Below are positions 25,031-38,057 of a stretch of DNA of 40,837 bases, one piece after another (the first letter of the stretch is position 1; every line of letters starts with the position of its first letter). The stretch comes from Octopus sinensis (taxonomy: Eukaryota): positions 1-40,837 of the forward strand of contig NW_021824678.1 in the NCBI RefSeq assembly GCF_006345805.1, given 5' to 3'. The notes beneath the pieces were generated by a model. It saw only the letters and a program-made list of their open reading frames with translations, had not been told where the DNA came from and searched no databases. A program made the position numbers and the translations under genes.

Positions 25031-25566
25031 GTTGACAAGCATGGAGACGTCAGAGCATTATGGAATCATAAGGATTGGGGGGGGGCTAGTCTGTCATGGT
25101 TCGGTGGGTTTTGGACTGATCTTAGAGTTAAAGATGGTCTGAGTGTGTGTGTGTCTCTGTGCACGTTTCTATGTGTGTGTGTATGTATATGTACTTGTGT
25201 TTGTGTGTGGGGAATCTTTTGACTGGTCTTAAAGTTCAGTGTGGTGTCTGTATGGGTCTGTGTATGTGTGTGTTTTATATTTAGCAGGGTGGTGCGTGTA
25301 TATGTGTGCACGTTTGTGTGTGTGTGTGATTTGTATTTGTCAGTGTGCTGTGTGTGTGTGTATGTTTGTTCGTGAGTGTATGTGTACATCTGTGTGCTGT
25401 GTGTGTGTATGTTTGTGTGTGTGTTGGTTGGTGGGGATGGCATATACGTGTGTCTCTGTCTGTATGCTTGTAGTGTTATGTGTATGTATGTATGTGGGTG
25501 TGGTTTATGCAGTTTTCGTGTGTGTGTGTGCTATATTTGCACACAAATATTTGCTCACACAAATAG

Positions 25567-25617
<51 letters not shown>

Positions 25618-25785
25618 ACAAATATAGTAAACACATGTGTGTGCGCTATATTTGTCGTGGCGAAGTGTGTGCGTGTGTACGTGTGGGTGTGTTTGTCTGA
25701 GTGTATCTGTGTATGTTGTATTTGTCAGAGTATTGTGTGTGTGCGAGTTTACTTTGTTATTTGTGTGTGTGTGGATCTATATATA

Positions 25786-25842
<57 letters not shown>

Positions 25843-25887
25843 CATGGTTCTTTTATTCTCTCTCTTTTTCACTTATTCTCTTATTCC

Positions 25888-25948
25888 TTTCTGATGAAGA
25901 GCGTTGGCTCGAAACGTTAAAGACTTTCTCACTTTCCCGAGCGTCAAA
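25888..25948 (+). ncRNA. Duplicate of the 22122-22182 hammerhead motif
   Basis: Same sequence at offset 3766. Confidence 0.7.
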
Positions 25949-26388
25949 CTAACACACCCGCTTGTTATTCATACACCTGCCTTCACTTTTATATTATTCT
26001 GTAAATTTCAACTATATATATATATATTACAGCTTATATTTTTTATCTTTTCTCTTTCTGTAGGACTCAAACCACTTTTTCACATAAGTCCTCGAGTCTT
26101 ATGTGAAAGCAACCCCAACGAATAAAACGAAATTCCTTCTGTCAGTTTGCGTATTTTATTTGATAACAATGTCATTTATCTTTATTTTATTTTGTCGTTG
26201 GAATGCTACCATTCTGGAGAACTAACTTGAAGAATTTAGAATGTAATCAACCGGAAATCTGCCTCCAGGGTTTTAATTTTTTATGGTATGATACTTATTC
26301 TATCAATCTCGTTTGCCGAACCGCAACTGGTGTGGGATACAAACGCAAAGATACACACCGATACACGAATGCACGCGCACACCACACA

Positions 26389-26444
<56 letters not shown>

Positions 26445-27761
26445 CTTACACACACACATCTGTGACTTGCTTCCACACAGGTTTCGTCTATCAAGTCCAC
26501 TCACAAGGCATTGATCAGCCGAGGGCTATAGTAGAACATACTTGCCCAATGTGCCGCATAATGGGACTGAACCGGAAACCACGTGGCTGCCAAGTGCGCA
26601 TCTTAAATGCATGCAAACGATGTAGAAAGCGAAGAGAAAATGTTTTACTAAGTTTAATATCTTTAAATTTCCGGCTATAGAAACTTCTCTTGAAATAGTG
26701 TCAAACCAACTGCACATATTCAAAACCATACGACATAAATCTTGATTAATTAAAATTAGCTCCACTCTCGAGGATCTATGAGAATTACCAAATGACAATT
26801 AAGACTAGTTTCAATTGAAAAGGGGAGATAACCTCACGAATCAAGGTTTTCTCCAAAGCTGACTTGACATTAATGGAAAACGCAGGCTTATTGTCTGGGC
26901 ATAAGAGAACAATGGAGGATACGACTTGAAGCTATCTTCCTTAGCTCGTTTTTGTTTAAATTATGCAAATTGCCTTGGCCATAAATGTTAAGTCTAATTT
27001 CGTTCACTACTGGAGACAAGATTGGACAGTTGTCGAGCTGATGGCGACTATTAAACCAGAAACACTACTCCACGACTGTCGTCTCCTAACCAGACAGCAA
27101 GCCGGTCTTTGTCTTAATCGCGTGTCAACTTTGAAGAATTCTAATTTCTAGAGATGTTCCCTCTTACGGAAGTAGAGATGGTTTTCGCTTCTAGAGGCGG
27201 AGATAATTTTAATAACCCAAGAATTTATGTTGTATAATATTTGACATATTTGTATTTGTCTATGTTGTTCAAACACATGCCACTGGCTGTTATGAGTTAT
27301 TTTTCTTAGCTCATTTTTGTTTAGATATTGCTCATATTAAAATTCAAAGGCCGGCCAGAATTTCTACAACAACGTTGGTAGCAGCATTGGTTTTTCAGTC
27401 TTTGACCTTCATATAGACTGCACATTCATTGACAAACTTGAAACATAAAGAAATTTTATTTGAATGGTTACATGAGTAACCATAAAACTTGTTGAAAAAG
27501 TTCTTTTTATAGTTGAAAATTGAAAATATTTAGAACAGTATTTCTTTACATTCTTAGAATTCCTAGTGTCTAACAATATAACACAGAGCTTCTAACAGCC
27601 CATAAATTTCAAGTTAACATACACACACAACTAAACGCACATTCACTCATATTTATAGACTTAACCACAAAAGAAACGTCGCACACATACTAAATAGAAC
27701 AGGTGTATTAACAGACTGCCATAGCATTGATTGAAGCGTGCTAATTAAGAACCGTTGTTTC

Positions 27762-28802
27762 CTAATTATGAAACGTCATTTCCTGAAACATGTTTGACGT
27801 CACATGGTGCCACGTGATGATGGAGTATCCTGGATCCAAAGAGATGAACGCAATATCTCATGTGACCACGGTTAGCGTTGATTATATTGAATGCACCAAA
27901 CGATTGATGAAGGCCATGGAGATAGTAGCCTACACTCTGTTAAATCTTGAGGTGAGTTGCGCCGCAGTTGTTGGCCTTGGAAGGACGTCATTTAGCCTTC
28001 TTAGGATTTCATCCCACGGGTGCTCTATGGGGTTCAAGTCCGGACTTAGGGCAGAACATGGAGGTGTATGGATGTTGTGCTGTTGGAAGAAGTCTGTTGT
28101 CAACTTGGCAGTATGGACATGGGCGTTGTGGTGTTGAAACACGTGATTCCTATGACGGGCAAAGTATGACACAATATGGAGGCCTCAAAACTTGGTCGAT
28201 GTACGAGCAGCCGTTAATCCATTGCCCCGGCCATGGCTGATGTTTTGGAAAACCACCGGTCCAAGTTTCTGGTCGAGTGCAATCACGAGCCATACCATGC
28301 TCTATCCTTCCCATGGGTTTCTTTCAACCACCAGCCATCGACATTACGTTCACCACGTCTTCTTCAAACCCTAGCTCTGCCATCTGCACAGAAATGCAAT
28401 ATCGACTTTCGTCAGAGAAGACTACAGTCCTCCACAGCTGATATTGCCAGTTCTGACGTTTTTTAGCCCAATGCAGGCGTGCCCATCGATGACGATCTGT
28501 GAGGGCGGGGTCCCTAGCCGGACGTCGACAAGACAGATTGAAGGATCTCAGCCGCCAGCGAACTGTCTGTGCACGAATGGGTCTGTGGTGAATCCCTATG
28601 GCCTGCCTAGATGATTCCGTTGCTCTCTGGAATCGGTCCTGCAAGTGCTGTCGGTGTAGGTGGCGATCTTGAAGTGCTGTTGTAATCTTCGGTCGGCCAC
28701 TACGTGGAAGAACATCCGTGCTGTCTGTGGCATTCTATCGTTCTCTCAGCCGTTCAGTTGTCCGAATACTGCAGTTCAAGTCATTAGCAATGACCCATGG
28801 AC
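27762..28802 (-). mobile_element. Decayed Tc1-like transposon (copy 2, part of the duplication)
   Basis: ORFs 27930..28172 and 28324..28644 are identical to copy 1. Confidence 0.9.
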
Positions 28803-29339
28803 GTTGACAAGCATGGAGACGTCAGAGCATTATGGAATCATAAGGATTGGGGGGGGGCTAGTCTGTCATGGTTCGGTGGGTTTTGGACTGATCTTAGAGT
28901 TAAAGATGGTCTGAGTGTGTGTGTGTCTCTGTGCACGTTTCTATGTGTGTGTGTATGTATATGTACTTGTGTTTGTGTGTGGGGAATCTTTTGACTGGTC
29001 TTAAAGTTCAGTGTGGTGTCTGTATGGGTCTGTGTATGTGTGTGTTTTATATTTAGCAGGGTGGTGCGTGTATATGTGTGCACGTTTGTGTGTGTGTGTG
29101 ATTTGTATTTGTCAGTGTGCTGTGTGTGTGTGTATGTTTGTTCGTGAGTGTATGTGTACATCTGTGTGCTGTGTGTGTGTATGTTTGTGTGTGTGTTGGG
29201 TTGGTGGGGATGGCATATACGTGTGTCTCTGTCTGTATGCTTGTAGTGTTATGTGTATGTATGTATGTGGGTGTGGTTTATGCAGTTTTCGTGTGTGTGT
29301 GTGCTATATTTGCACACAAATATTTGCTCACACAAATAG

Positions 29340-29392
<53 letters not shown>

Positions 29393-29551
29393 ACAAATAT
29401 AGTAAACACATGTGTGTGCGCTATATTTGTCGTGGCGAAGTGTGTGCGTGTGTACGTGTGGGTGTGTTTGTCTGAGTGTATCTGTGTATGTTGTATTTGT
29501 CAGAGTTATTGTGTGTGTGCGAGTTTACTTTGTTATTTGTGTGTGTGTGGA

Positions 29552-29587
<36 letters not shown>

Positions 29588-29775
29588 TATATAACACATA
29601 TATATGCATATACGTATATGTACATATCATATACGTATGAATACATACATATACATTTATTTGCATGTACATACATATACATACATGTGTGTGTGTGTAT
29701 AAGTATATATGTGTTTGTGTGTATGCATGTATGTATATATGTATGTGTGTTTGTTTATATATGTATGTGTGTGTG

Positions 29776-29810
<35 letters not shown>

Positions 29811-30056
29811 GATGACATAAACACACCAACACGGGTTGTCAGGTATTGGTGGGGACACAGACACAAAATTACACAAACAAACATACATATGTATATAATT
29901 CGGCCTTCTTTTCAGTTTCTGTTTACGAAATCCACTGACAAGGCTCTGGTCGACCCAAGTCTATTGTAAAAGACACCTGCCACGGTGCCACGCAGTGGGA
30001 CTGAACTCGTAACCATGTGGTTGAGAAACAAACTTCTTACCACACAGCCACACCTG

Positions 30057-30246
30057 CATAGATGAGATGAACCCGAACTCAGCTACTGGCCCTGGTGGAT
30101 TCCCAGCAATCTTCTTAATATTATGTAAGCGAGTCTTAGCAAGACCGCTGCAGTCTCACTTCTAGAGCTTCCTTGCAACTGACAAACTTCCAAGCAAGCT
30201 GAAGGAAGGGAAAATATGCTCTCTCCATAAAGGATGTAGTAGTGCA
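30057..30246 (+). mobile_element. Degenerate CR1-like LINE fragment
   Basis: Similar to about 38917-39105 (atagatga.atgaa...actcagctactggccc.gatggattccc.gcaat). Confidence 0.8.
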
Positions 30247-30782
30247 TGATTAAGTATGACTAAACATTTTCAGATCTTTGTAACGAATATGAAAAAAAGA
30301 TATATAGAATATGTATATTCTGTTTCTTCTTCATTGCTCTTCGTTTTAAGATTCAAACTTCTAGTGTCACCGTGATTAATCCCTTATAATAACGACTGTC
30401 GGGGTAAACTGCATGCTAGATTTCTTAGATCTATAAATCTCTTACATGTCGTATACGGAGGCATTCGATCAAGTAAATATGTGGACAATATAAAACTAAG
30501 TCAATAATATAAAAGATATATCGGACTGGATTGACAAGTTGACAGTCATTAGAGCGTTGAAATCTGCTGATATCATGTTTGCCTATCGCTTTCGCACCAA
30601 ATCAAAGTGATTGACTGGACTATTTTTTTTAACTTGTTTTTTTTTTTGTTTTTTTTAACAAAATGTTTTACGTAATTTGTTCCGTATTTTTACGTTTTGA
30701 GTTCAAATGTCACCAAGGTTCTGATTTCAAATCTTCTAAGATTTGGGTTTTGTTTTTATTAGTTTCTATCATTAGACTGTGG

Positions 30783-30927
30783 CCACGCGTGTCACTGGGA
30801 TTGCAATCCCTCCAGGTCTTGTGTATTTAATTGGTATAAAAGCTAGTTTTGCATGCAGATAGCACAGGGCTTGAAACTTTTCAACATTAAACTGCATGCT
30901 ATTCTTCTTAACCCTCTTGTATATTTC
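30783..30927 (-). mobile_element. Degenerate CR1-like LINE fragment
   Basis: Similar to about 36680-36830 on the same strand. Confidence 0.75.
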
Positions 30928-30933
30928 ATTTAG

Positions 30934-31100
30934 CATCGAGAAGTCGAAAATGTCGCTAGAAGCTAGGATCACCAAGCATAGATTGGCATATTTCGGTCAT
31001 ATTATGCGGAGAAAATCCCTGGAGAAGGACATCATGCTCGGAATGGTCAGTGGCAAGAGAGGAAGAGGCCGACCAAGAACCCGCTGGCTTGACACCATCA
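30934..31100 (+). mobile_element. RTE (BovB-like) LINE 3' coding fragment
   Basis: SLEARITKHRLAYFGHIMRRKSLEKDIMLGMVSGKRGRGRPRTRWLDTI is the typical RTE C-terminal motif. Confidence 0.88.
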
Positions 31101-32427
31101 ATATACATGTACATATATATATGAACACATACATATATATATATGTACATATACACATATATATACTTGTGCATATACATACACGGCCACACGCATATAT
31201 ATACACACACATAGATATATACATACGTTTATATATGCATTTATACATATATGTATGTGTGTTTGTATGTAGAGATACACACACACATACGCACAAATGA
31301 GTGCAAATAATAGTCTCTTCAACTCCACCCTAAATCAGCAGTAACGTCACATGACATAGGTGAAGTTTATTTAATATTATAATAATAGTTAGATTCGTAT
31401 ATTTCTTTAATACGTTTTTTATATTTTTAATGCTCATACAGTTAGAGCGATGAATTGGAAGACTCGTTAGCGTGTTGGACAAAATGCTTTGAATTCTTTG
31501 TCCCAGTTTTAGTTCAAATCTCGCCGAGGTCAACTTTGCCCTTCAAACTTCAACATTCTGTGATCAATAAAATGAAGAACTGCTCTCGCCCCAAAATATA
31601 CTCGAGGTTTTCTGCCCATATGCGAAACAATTCTTCAGAATATAAAGATCTTCTCCACGGCACCTATGCTTTTTTTATTTGTTCGTTTTTTGCTTTCTTT
31701 GTATTTTTTAAAGTTTACTTTGCGGGCGTGGTTGCTTTTTTTATTATATGAGTTTGTAAGACGTCAATCTCAGCAGCAAAATGGCAGAATTGTAAGCGCG
31801 TCGAACAAAATACTGCAAACTGTTTTGCCAGGTACTCTAAAGTATTGGGATTCTTTTAGCCTTTTTTATTCGTTTACTTGTTTTGATCATTTGACTGCGG
31901 CTATACTGGAGCACTGCCCTGGAGGGCTTTAGTCAAAAGAATCGACACCAAGCCATTTTTTAAAGCTTGGTACTATTGATCTCTTTTGCCGGTTGTCAAG
32001 CGGTGGTGGTGGGATAAACACGCACAAACACACACATACATATATACATACACACATAATGGGCTTCTTTCAGTTTCCGTCAACCAATTCCACTCACAAT
32101 TGTTTCGCTGTTGCACTTATTAGTCTAATAGCTTATTTCTCTAACAGCTGCACTCTGGTCTATGTTATTCAGCCCTTTAAGTTTTCATCTTGTCTGCGTT
32201 ATTCAATCTTTTAAGCATTCAATCAACATCATCTGAACTCGTAGGCTTGTTCTTTTCCTTCTCTGTAGTCCCTTAAGTTACAATAAATAGCTTCAAGCCT
32301 TGTTCGAGACAAAATCGCATTAAGATATATAAAAATATGCTAGGGATTCACACATGCAACATAGTGATCCGACGATATGGACATTACAGATAAGAAATGA
32401 TTTGATTTTTAAAATCAAATAGCGAAA

Positions 32428-32468
32428 GCAGTTTCTGTGTTTCAGACTTAATAGTCCTCGTCGGTAGA
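32428..32468 (-). ncRNA. Degenerate hammerhead core (CCGACGA-ggac/gtct-GAAA)
   Basis: Core and stem II are visible; stems I and III are broken. Confidence 0.35.
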
Positions 32469-32653
32469 GTAATATGTTTAACATATTTTGGCAATATTGT
32501 GAGTGTGTGACACACATACCGTAAACTGAATGCACTGTTCGGAACTTCGTTTTCCTGTTAGTTATAATTTTCGCACTATATATATATATATACACTCATA
32601 CATATATTGCACCCGTATCAAATTATGTGTATGTAGTGTTCATTACAGCCCGA

Positions 32654-33040
32654 GCTGTAATGAACACTACATAGGCTAAACTAAAAATAGCCTCCGCCAA
32701 CGCATGACTGTCCATAGATCCCACATAAAAATACAGGAATGCAGAAAAATAGCACTTAGTGCACATATTGATACCTGTGCTGCACAACTTCATCCCAATT
32801 TTAGAATCTTTCCCCTCTACAAATTTAAAGACAATGCCACTCATACCCAGCGAATAACCATGGAATCCCACCTTATTAATAAATACAGACCACTTCTAAA
32901 CACATCCCCCTAACACGAACCCACAACAAACACACTTACACCTGCACACACCCTACACACACTTTTACCCAGATATTAACACCATGACACACGCAAACAT
33001 ATGGTTCCACACATACACATAATTTGATACGGGTGCAAAA
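32654..33040 (+). mobile_element. 5'-truncated Penelope-like element: GIY-YIG endonuclease C-terminal half plus 3' UTR
   Basis: Frame from 32656 reads CNEHYIG*TKNSLRQRMTVHRSHIK...LSAHID.C...RITMESHLINKYRPLLN (YIG motif, conserved R, H, E and terminal N); in-frame stop after YIG. Confidence 0.8.
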
Positions 33041-33428
33041 CATCCAACACTATTTTTTGGAAATGACTGTAAATATTGACTTCACACAAACACGTTGCTT
33101 CCCGATACAGGCACAAGGCCAGCAGAACTATAAATATTGAAAATTGTACCCACACACGCACACATATATACACGCGCGCGCGCCCCAACATACATATAAA
33201 CACACACACACACGCGCACACATACATACATATAGCTCTTCCTGTCCTAAACGAACTTACTTTTCCAGCTCAAATTCAGTCAAGCGGAAAATACACTCCT
33301 TAACCACGCACTAAAAAGCTATTAAAAATATCCACATGACGTCTACTAACCAGCCTGAACAATAAGAATTTTCAACAACGGTTTTTTTTCGAAAACTCCA
33401 TACACCACCTACACCAACATTCATTCTA

Positions 33429-33624
33429 AACATTCACGTGACCTCTCTATTATGACAACATTCACGTGACCCCTCTATTATGACAACATTCACGTGACCT
33501 CTTTATTATGACCAATAAGAAATTTTAGGCGCGATACCAGCCAAATTTTAACATCTCTGGAGCCTATTTTCTTACCCCAACACCAACTTCCATTCAAACA
33601 TTCACGTGACCCCTTTATAATGAC
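33429..33624 (+). repeat. 28-bp tandem repeat (3 copies) plus a fourth dispersed copy, each carrying TCACGTGACC
   Basis: aacattcacgtgacc(t/c)ct(c/t)tattatgac at 33429, 33457, 33485 and 33597; the last two are followed by CCAAT. Confidence 0.9.
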
Positions 33625-34373
33625 CAATCAAAATTGTATTGACCATTGTCCACAAGAAATTTTAGGCGCGAAACCAAGCAAATCTTAAACAACTCTGGAG
33701 CCTTGTTTTTCACATATAAGAGACGGCAAACCCAACATAAAGTCAGATAAGAGAAAAAAATCAATCAGAAAGGAACTCTATCTCACTCAAAATATCTTTT
33801 GATAAGCATAACAAATGCGCAACCGGTAAACTCTTACTTTTTTTATTCTACACTGAAATCTGACATTGAACCTTTCCACAAAAAAACTGTATATTACACG
33901 GTTTTCTAAAATATCTTATTCTGAAACAGAACACTGTAAAAGACTCTTACTTTTTTTCTTATACACTGAAAAAATTCACAAAAAATGAACATTGTATTCT
34001 AACCCAATTTTTCTCTTTTTTTGTTTAAAAAAAGAACTTTCACCTAATTAAATACACTCTCCCTTACTTAAATTATTTTGTCAGCAATTTCTTCATTTCC
34101 TTTTTTTATATATCACAACTCGTGTTCCACATCTCCTTTTTTAAATATAATATATATATATATATATATATACACGACGGAATTCTTTCAGTTTCCGTCT
34201 ACCAAATCCAAATCCACACACTCCACACACAAGGCACTAATTGGCCACGGACTATAGCAAAAAACACTCGCCAAAGGTGCTGCGAAGGAGAGCTGAACAC
34301 GAGACTTCGTGATTGAGAAACAAGCTTGTTAACCACTCAGCCACACCCACAGAGAATAAAAATAACTACTTAC

Positions 34374-34402
34374 CAAACGAACAACTTCGTGCGTAGCTTC
34401 AA
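34374..34402 (-). CDS. Candidate copine exon (C2A-C2B linker): EATHEVVRL
   Basis: Acceptor ttttctttttttgtttcag, donor gtaagt; 29 nt, phase 1 to 0, fitting the phase-0 start of 19781-19878. Aligns to copine ...AEEL.... linker; low sequence identity. Confidence 0.5.
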
Positions 34403-34420
34403 CTGAAACAAAAAAAGAAA

Positions 34421-34451
<31 letters not shown>

Positions 34452-34774
34452 GAGACCCTAAACTTTTCAGCGGTGGTGCCCCAGCATGGCCGCTGCCTTC
34501 GGGCTAAAACATTTTTAAGGATTTATATATATATATGTATATGTATGTATATATATATATATATATATTATATATAATATATATATATATATACACATAC
34601 ACGTGCAAACAATATAGATAGATGAATGTAAAACGATGTGCGAGACGAGGAGGAGAGAGTTTGGTGATGGACAGGCAGGGAGAAGTGACGAAGAAAATCC
34701 CAAATTCGAAGGGTTAAACTACAACAAATATTAAGTACATCCTCCAACTATACTGACATATAAGAGTATATATA

Positions 34775-34831
<57 letters not shown>

Positions 34832-34959
34832 CATAATACATACATTCATACATACATACATACATACATACTTACGTACAATATGTGTGTGTGTGTGTAC
34901 ATTATTATATACACATACATATATGGCAAACAGGTGCATATTGTACCCTGAGTTTCAAG

Positions 34960-35013
<54 letters not shown>

Positions 35014-35015
<2 letters not shown>

Positions 35016-35424
35016 CTCTTTTACTCTTTTACTTGTTTCAGTCATTTGACTGCGGCCATGCTGGAGCACCGCCTTTAGTCGAGCAAATCGACCCCAGGAC
35101 TTATTCTTTGGAAGCCCAGTACTTATTCTATCGGTCTCTTTTGCCGAACCGCTAAGTGACGGGGACGTAAACACACCAGCATCGGTTGTCAAGCAATGCT
35201 AGGGGGACAAACACAGACACACAAACACATATACACACACATATATATATATACATATATACGACAGGCTTCTTTCAGTTTCCGTCTACCAAATCCACTC
35301 ACAAGGCATTGGTCGGTCCGGGGCTATAGCAGAAGACACTTGCCCAAGATGCCACGCAGTGGGACTGAACCCAGAACCATGTGGCTGGTTAGCAAGCTAC
35401 TTACCACAAAGCCACTCCTGCGCC
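35014..35424 (-). mobile_element. SINE family 1, full length
   Basis: Near-identical to 6791-7214. Confidence 0.92.
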
Positions 35425-35895
35425 GGTCAGCCTAAGGAATTCTCAGTTCGGTTTCCGGGCCGATTCCAGGCCCTACCAGAGTATATGTCATGTGCTTTGT
35501 AACAGCATTGGAGGTCTTTAGCTCCAATAACAGGCAATGTAGGTGTTATTCCTTCCCTTAGTCCAGTTTAGTTGATGACTATAAATTTCCTTTACGGTAT
35601 AATATTGCAAACAACTGTTCTTTTATGAATTTTGTTGCATACACATTAAGATCTCCTAAATAATCCGTAGGTTTTTATGATCAATATACTCTGATAGGCG
35701 AGCTAGCCCAGAATCAACCGAATGAGCTGGCCTTACCAAATATGGCTACTGAAATAGCCGAAACTGGCCATTGCAGCCACTATTAGAGTATATGTTATGT
35801 GCTTAGTAACAGCATTGGAGCACTTTATTTCTAGCAGGGTAAGTGTTATTCACACCCTTAGTCATTTATATATATATGTATGATATTATAAATGA

Positions 35896-36885
35896 TTGAT
35901 TTTGATTTTTGATTTTGATTTTTCTAGTTTCAGCTAATGAGCTGTGGCCATGCTGGGGCACCGCCATTTCGTTTGCTACACGATTTTACCTCACGGATGC
36001 TTTTTAGCAAACGCCATCTGATGCATGAGAGAGTTCGATGCAGCTGCCCTCATCTGCACCTCCTGCCGTGAAGTTGGTTCATCCGGGACACCTGACAGGA
36101 AGAGATCCAGTCCTACTTTAAAGACATCCGCAACTACACCATGCAGGTCCCTCAGGTTCTTCGGGAGGATATTGAAGAGCTGTGGGCCTCTGAAGCCCAG
36201 GCTATCACAATATCTTGTCCTACATCTTGATGGCAAATTTGGAGTCCTTGGTACTACGCAGTGGCGTCCGGATCTGGCATTTGTGTGACTCTCGATGCCA
36301 AAGTCTGGGACAAGTCCTTCCAGGATCTTCCAGATATATATTATGGCATATCTTTCTCGCCTACGCTCCAGGGAATAGAGCTTTAATCTCTTGAGTCTTT
36401 CCCAGTAGCTCATATGCTGCACAGAGGCTATCTTCTTCGTGTAGCTTCGTTGGATCGCCTCAAGTTCTGTGATCAACTTGACACTGGATGGTGACCATAG
36501 CTGAGAGCAATAGTCAAAGTGGCTTAGGACAAGTGTCTTTCAGAGAACCATCATGGTTTCTTGTTCTCTTGTTCTAAAGGTTCTAAGAATCCATCCAGCC
36601 AGCCGTCTACATTTCATTGTCAGTTTAGCAACATGTACATGAAAGGTCGCGTCATCACTCATGTGAATACCCAGGTCACGCACAGGTTGTGCCTCTGGGA
36701 TTGCAATCCCTCCGGGTCCAGTGTATTCATTTGGGTATTGCATTCAGTTTTGCATGCTGATAGTATGAAGCTTGAAACTTTTCAGCATTGAACTGCATGC
36801 TATTCTTTTCAGCCCACTTGTATATTTCGTCCAGCTCACATTGCAGGTGCTTAGTGTCTTCAGGGTTCTGTATTGCCTGTGAAAC
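35896..36885 (-). mobile_element. 5'-truncated CR1-like LINE with intact 3' end
   Basis: ORF2 C-terminus (LE.IQR..TK.I...SY.ERLK.L.LYSLERRR.R...I..WKIL); stop at 35991-35993; short 3' UTR and (aaatc)n tail. Confidence 0.92.
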
Positions 36886-37214
36886 CTACATATATATGTA
36901 TATATACATGCATATATGGGTACAGGACATCAAAAAACGTTGAACACGATGAGAAACGAAAGCATACAAACAAAAACGTAGAAAACGAACTTTCTTTCAA
37001 ACAACGGGAAAAAAACAAAGAAACGAGAGATACAACATAAAGAATATTCCCTTCATCAGTTGTCCCTGTTTCATCTACTCCGCATTTCGAAGGTATGCAT
37101 GTATATATACATATATATGTAGGTATATACATATATGTATGTATATATGCATATAATTATATACTATTTATATTATTATATGATCGAACGCCACGCATCC
37201 TTCTCCAAGTAAGT

Positions 37215-38057
37215 TTTATCTATATGTGTGTATATATATATATTATATATATATATTATATATATATATATATATACATCTATATATATACATATATATA
37301 TACATCTATATATATACATATATATATACATCTATATATATACATATATATATATAAATACATATATATATACATATATGTATACATCTAAATACATATA
37401 TATATACATATAAATACATATATATATATACATATAAATACATATATATATATACATATAAATACATATATATATACATATATATATACATCTAAATACA
37501 TATATATATACATATAAATACATATATATATACATATAAATACATATATATATACATATAAATACATATATATATACGTATAAATACATATATATATACA
37601 TATAAATACATATATATATATACATATAAATATATATATATATACATATAAATACATATATATACATATAAATAAATATATATATATACATATAAATACA
37701 TATATATATATACATATAAATACATATAAATACATATATATATACATATAAATACATATATATATATAAATACATATATATATACATATAAATACATATA
37801 TATATACATATAAATACATATATATATACATATAAATACATATATATATACATATAAATACATATATATATATAAATACATATATATATACATATAAATA
37901 CATATATATATACATATAAATACATATATATATATAAATACATATATATATATACATATATATATACATATATATATATAAATACATATATATATACATA
38001 TATATATACATATATATATATATAAATACATATATATATACATATATATATACATAT
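37215..38057. repeat. AT-rich minisatellite (about 20-22-bp tacatataaatacatatatata units)
   Basis: Seen directly. Confidence 0.95.

Larger units (their letters stand above)
22019..29584. repeat. About 3.77-kb near-identical tandem duplication (bodies 22073-25777 and 25839-29553) joined by (TA)n
   Basis: Offset 3766 at the start and 3776 at the end; identical ORF pairs in the track; the differences I found are 1-bp homopolymer or microsatellite indels. Confidence 0.97.

Noticed and set aside
30446-30495. 50-nt minus-strand exon-like segment
   Set aside because: Stop in phase 0, and the other frames do not resemble copine as well as 34374-34402 does.
35478-35820. 36-bp direct repeat 307 bp apart (35478 and 35785) as possible LTRs
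   Set aside because: No TG...CA ends, primer-binding site, polypurine tract or TSD; more likely an old local duplication.
37045-37095. Minus-strand GAAA...CUGAUGA arrangement as a type-II hammerhead
   Set aside because: Stems I and III cannot be formed convincingly; may be a Penelope terminal fragment but no ribozyme call.
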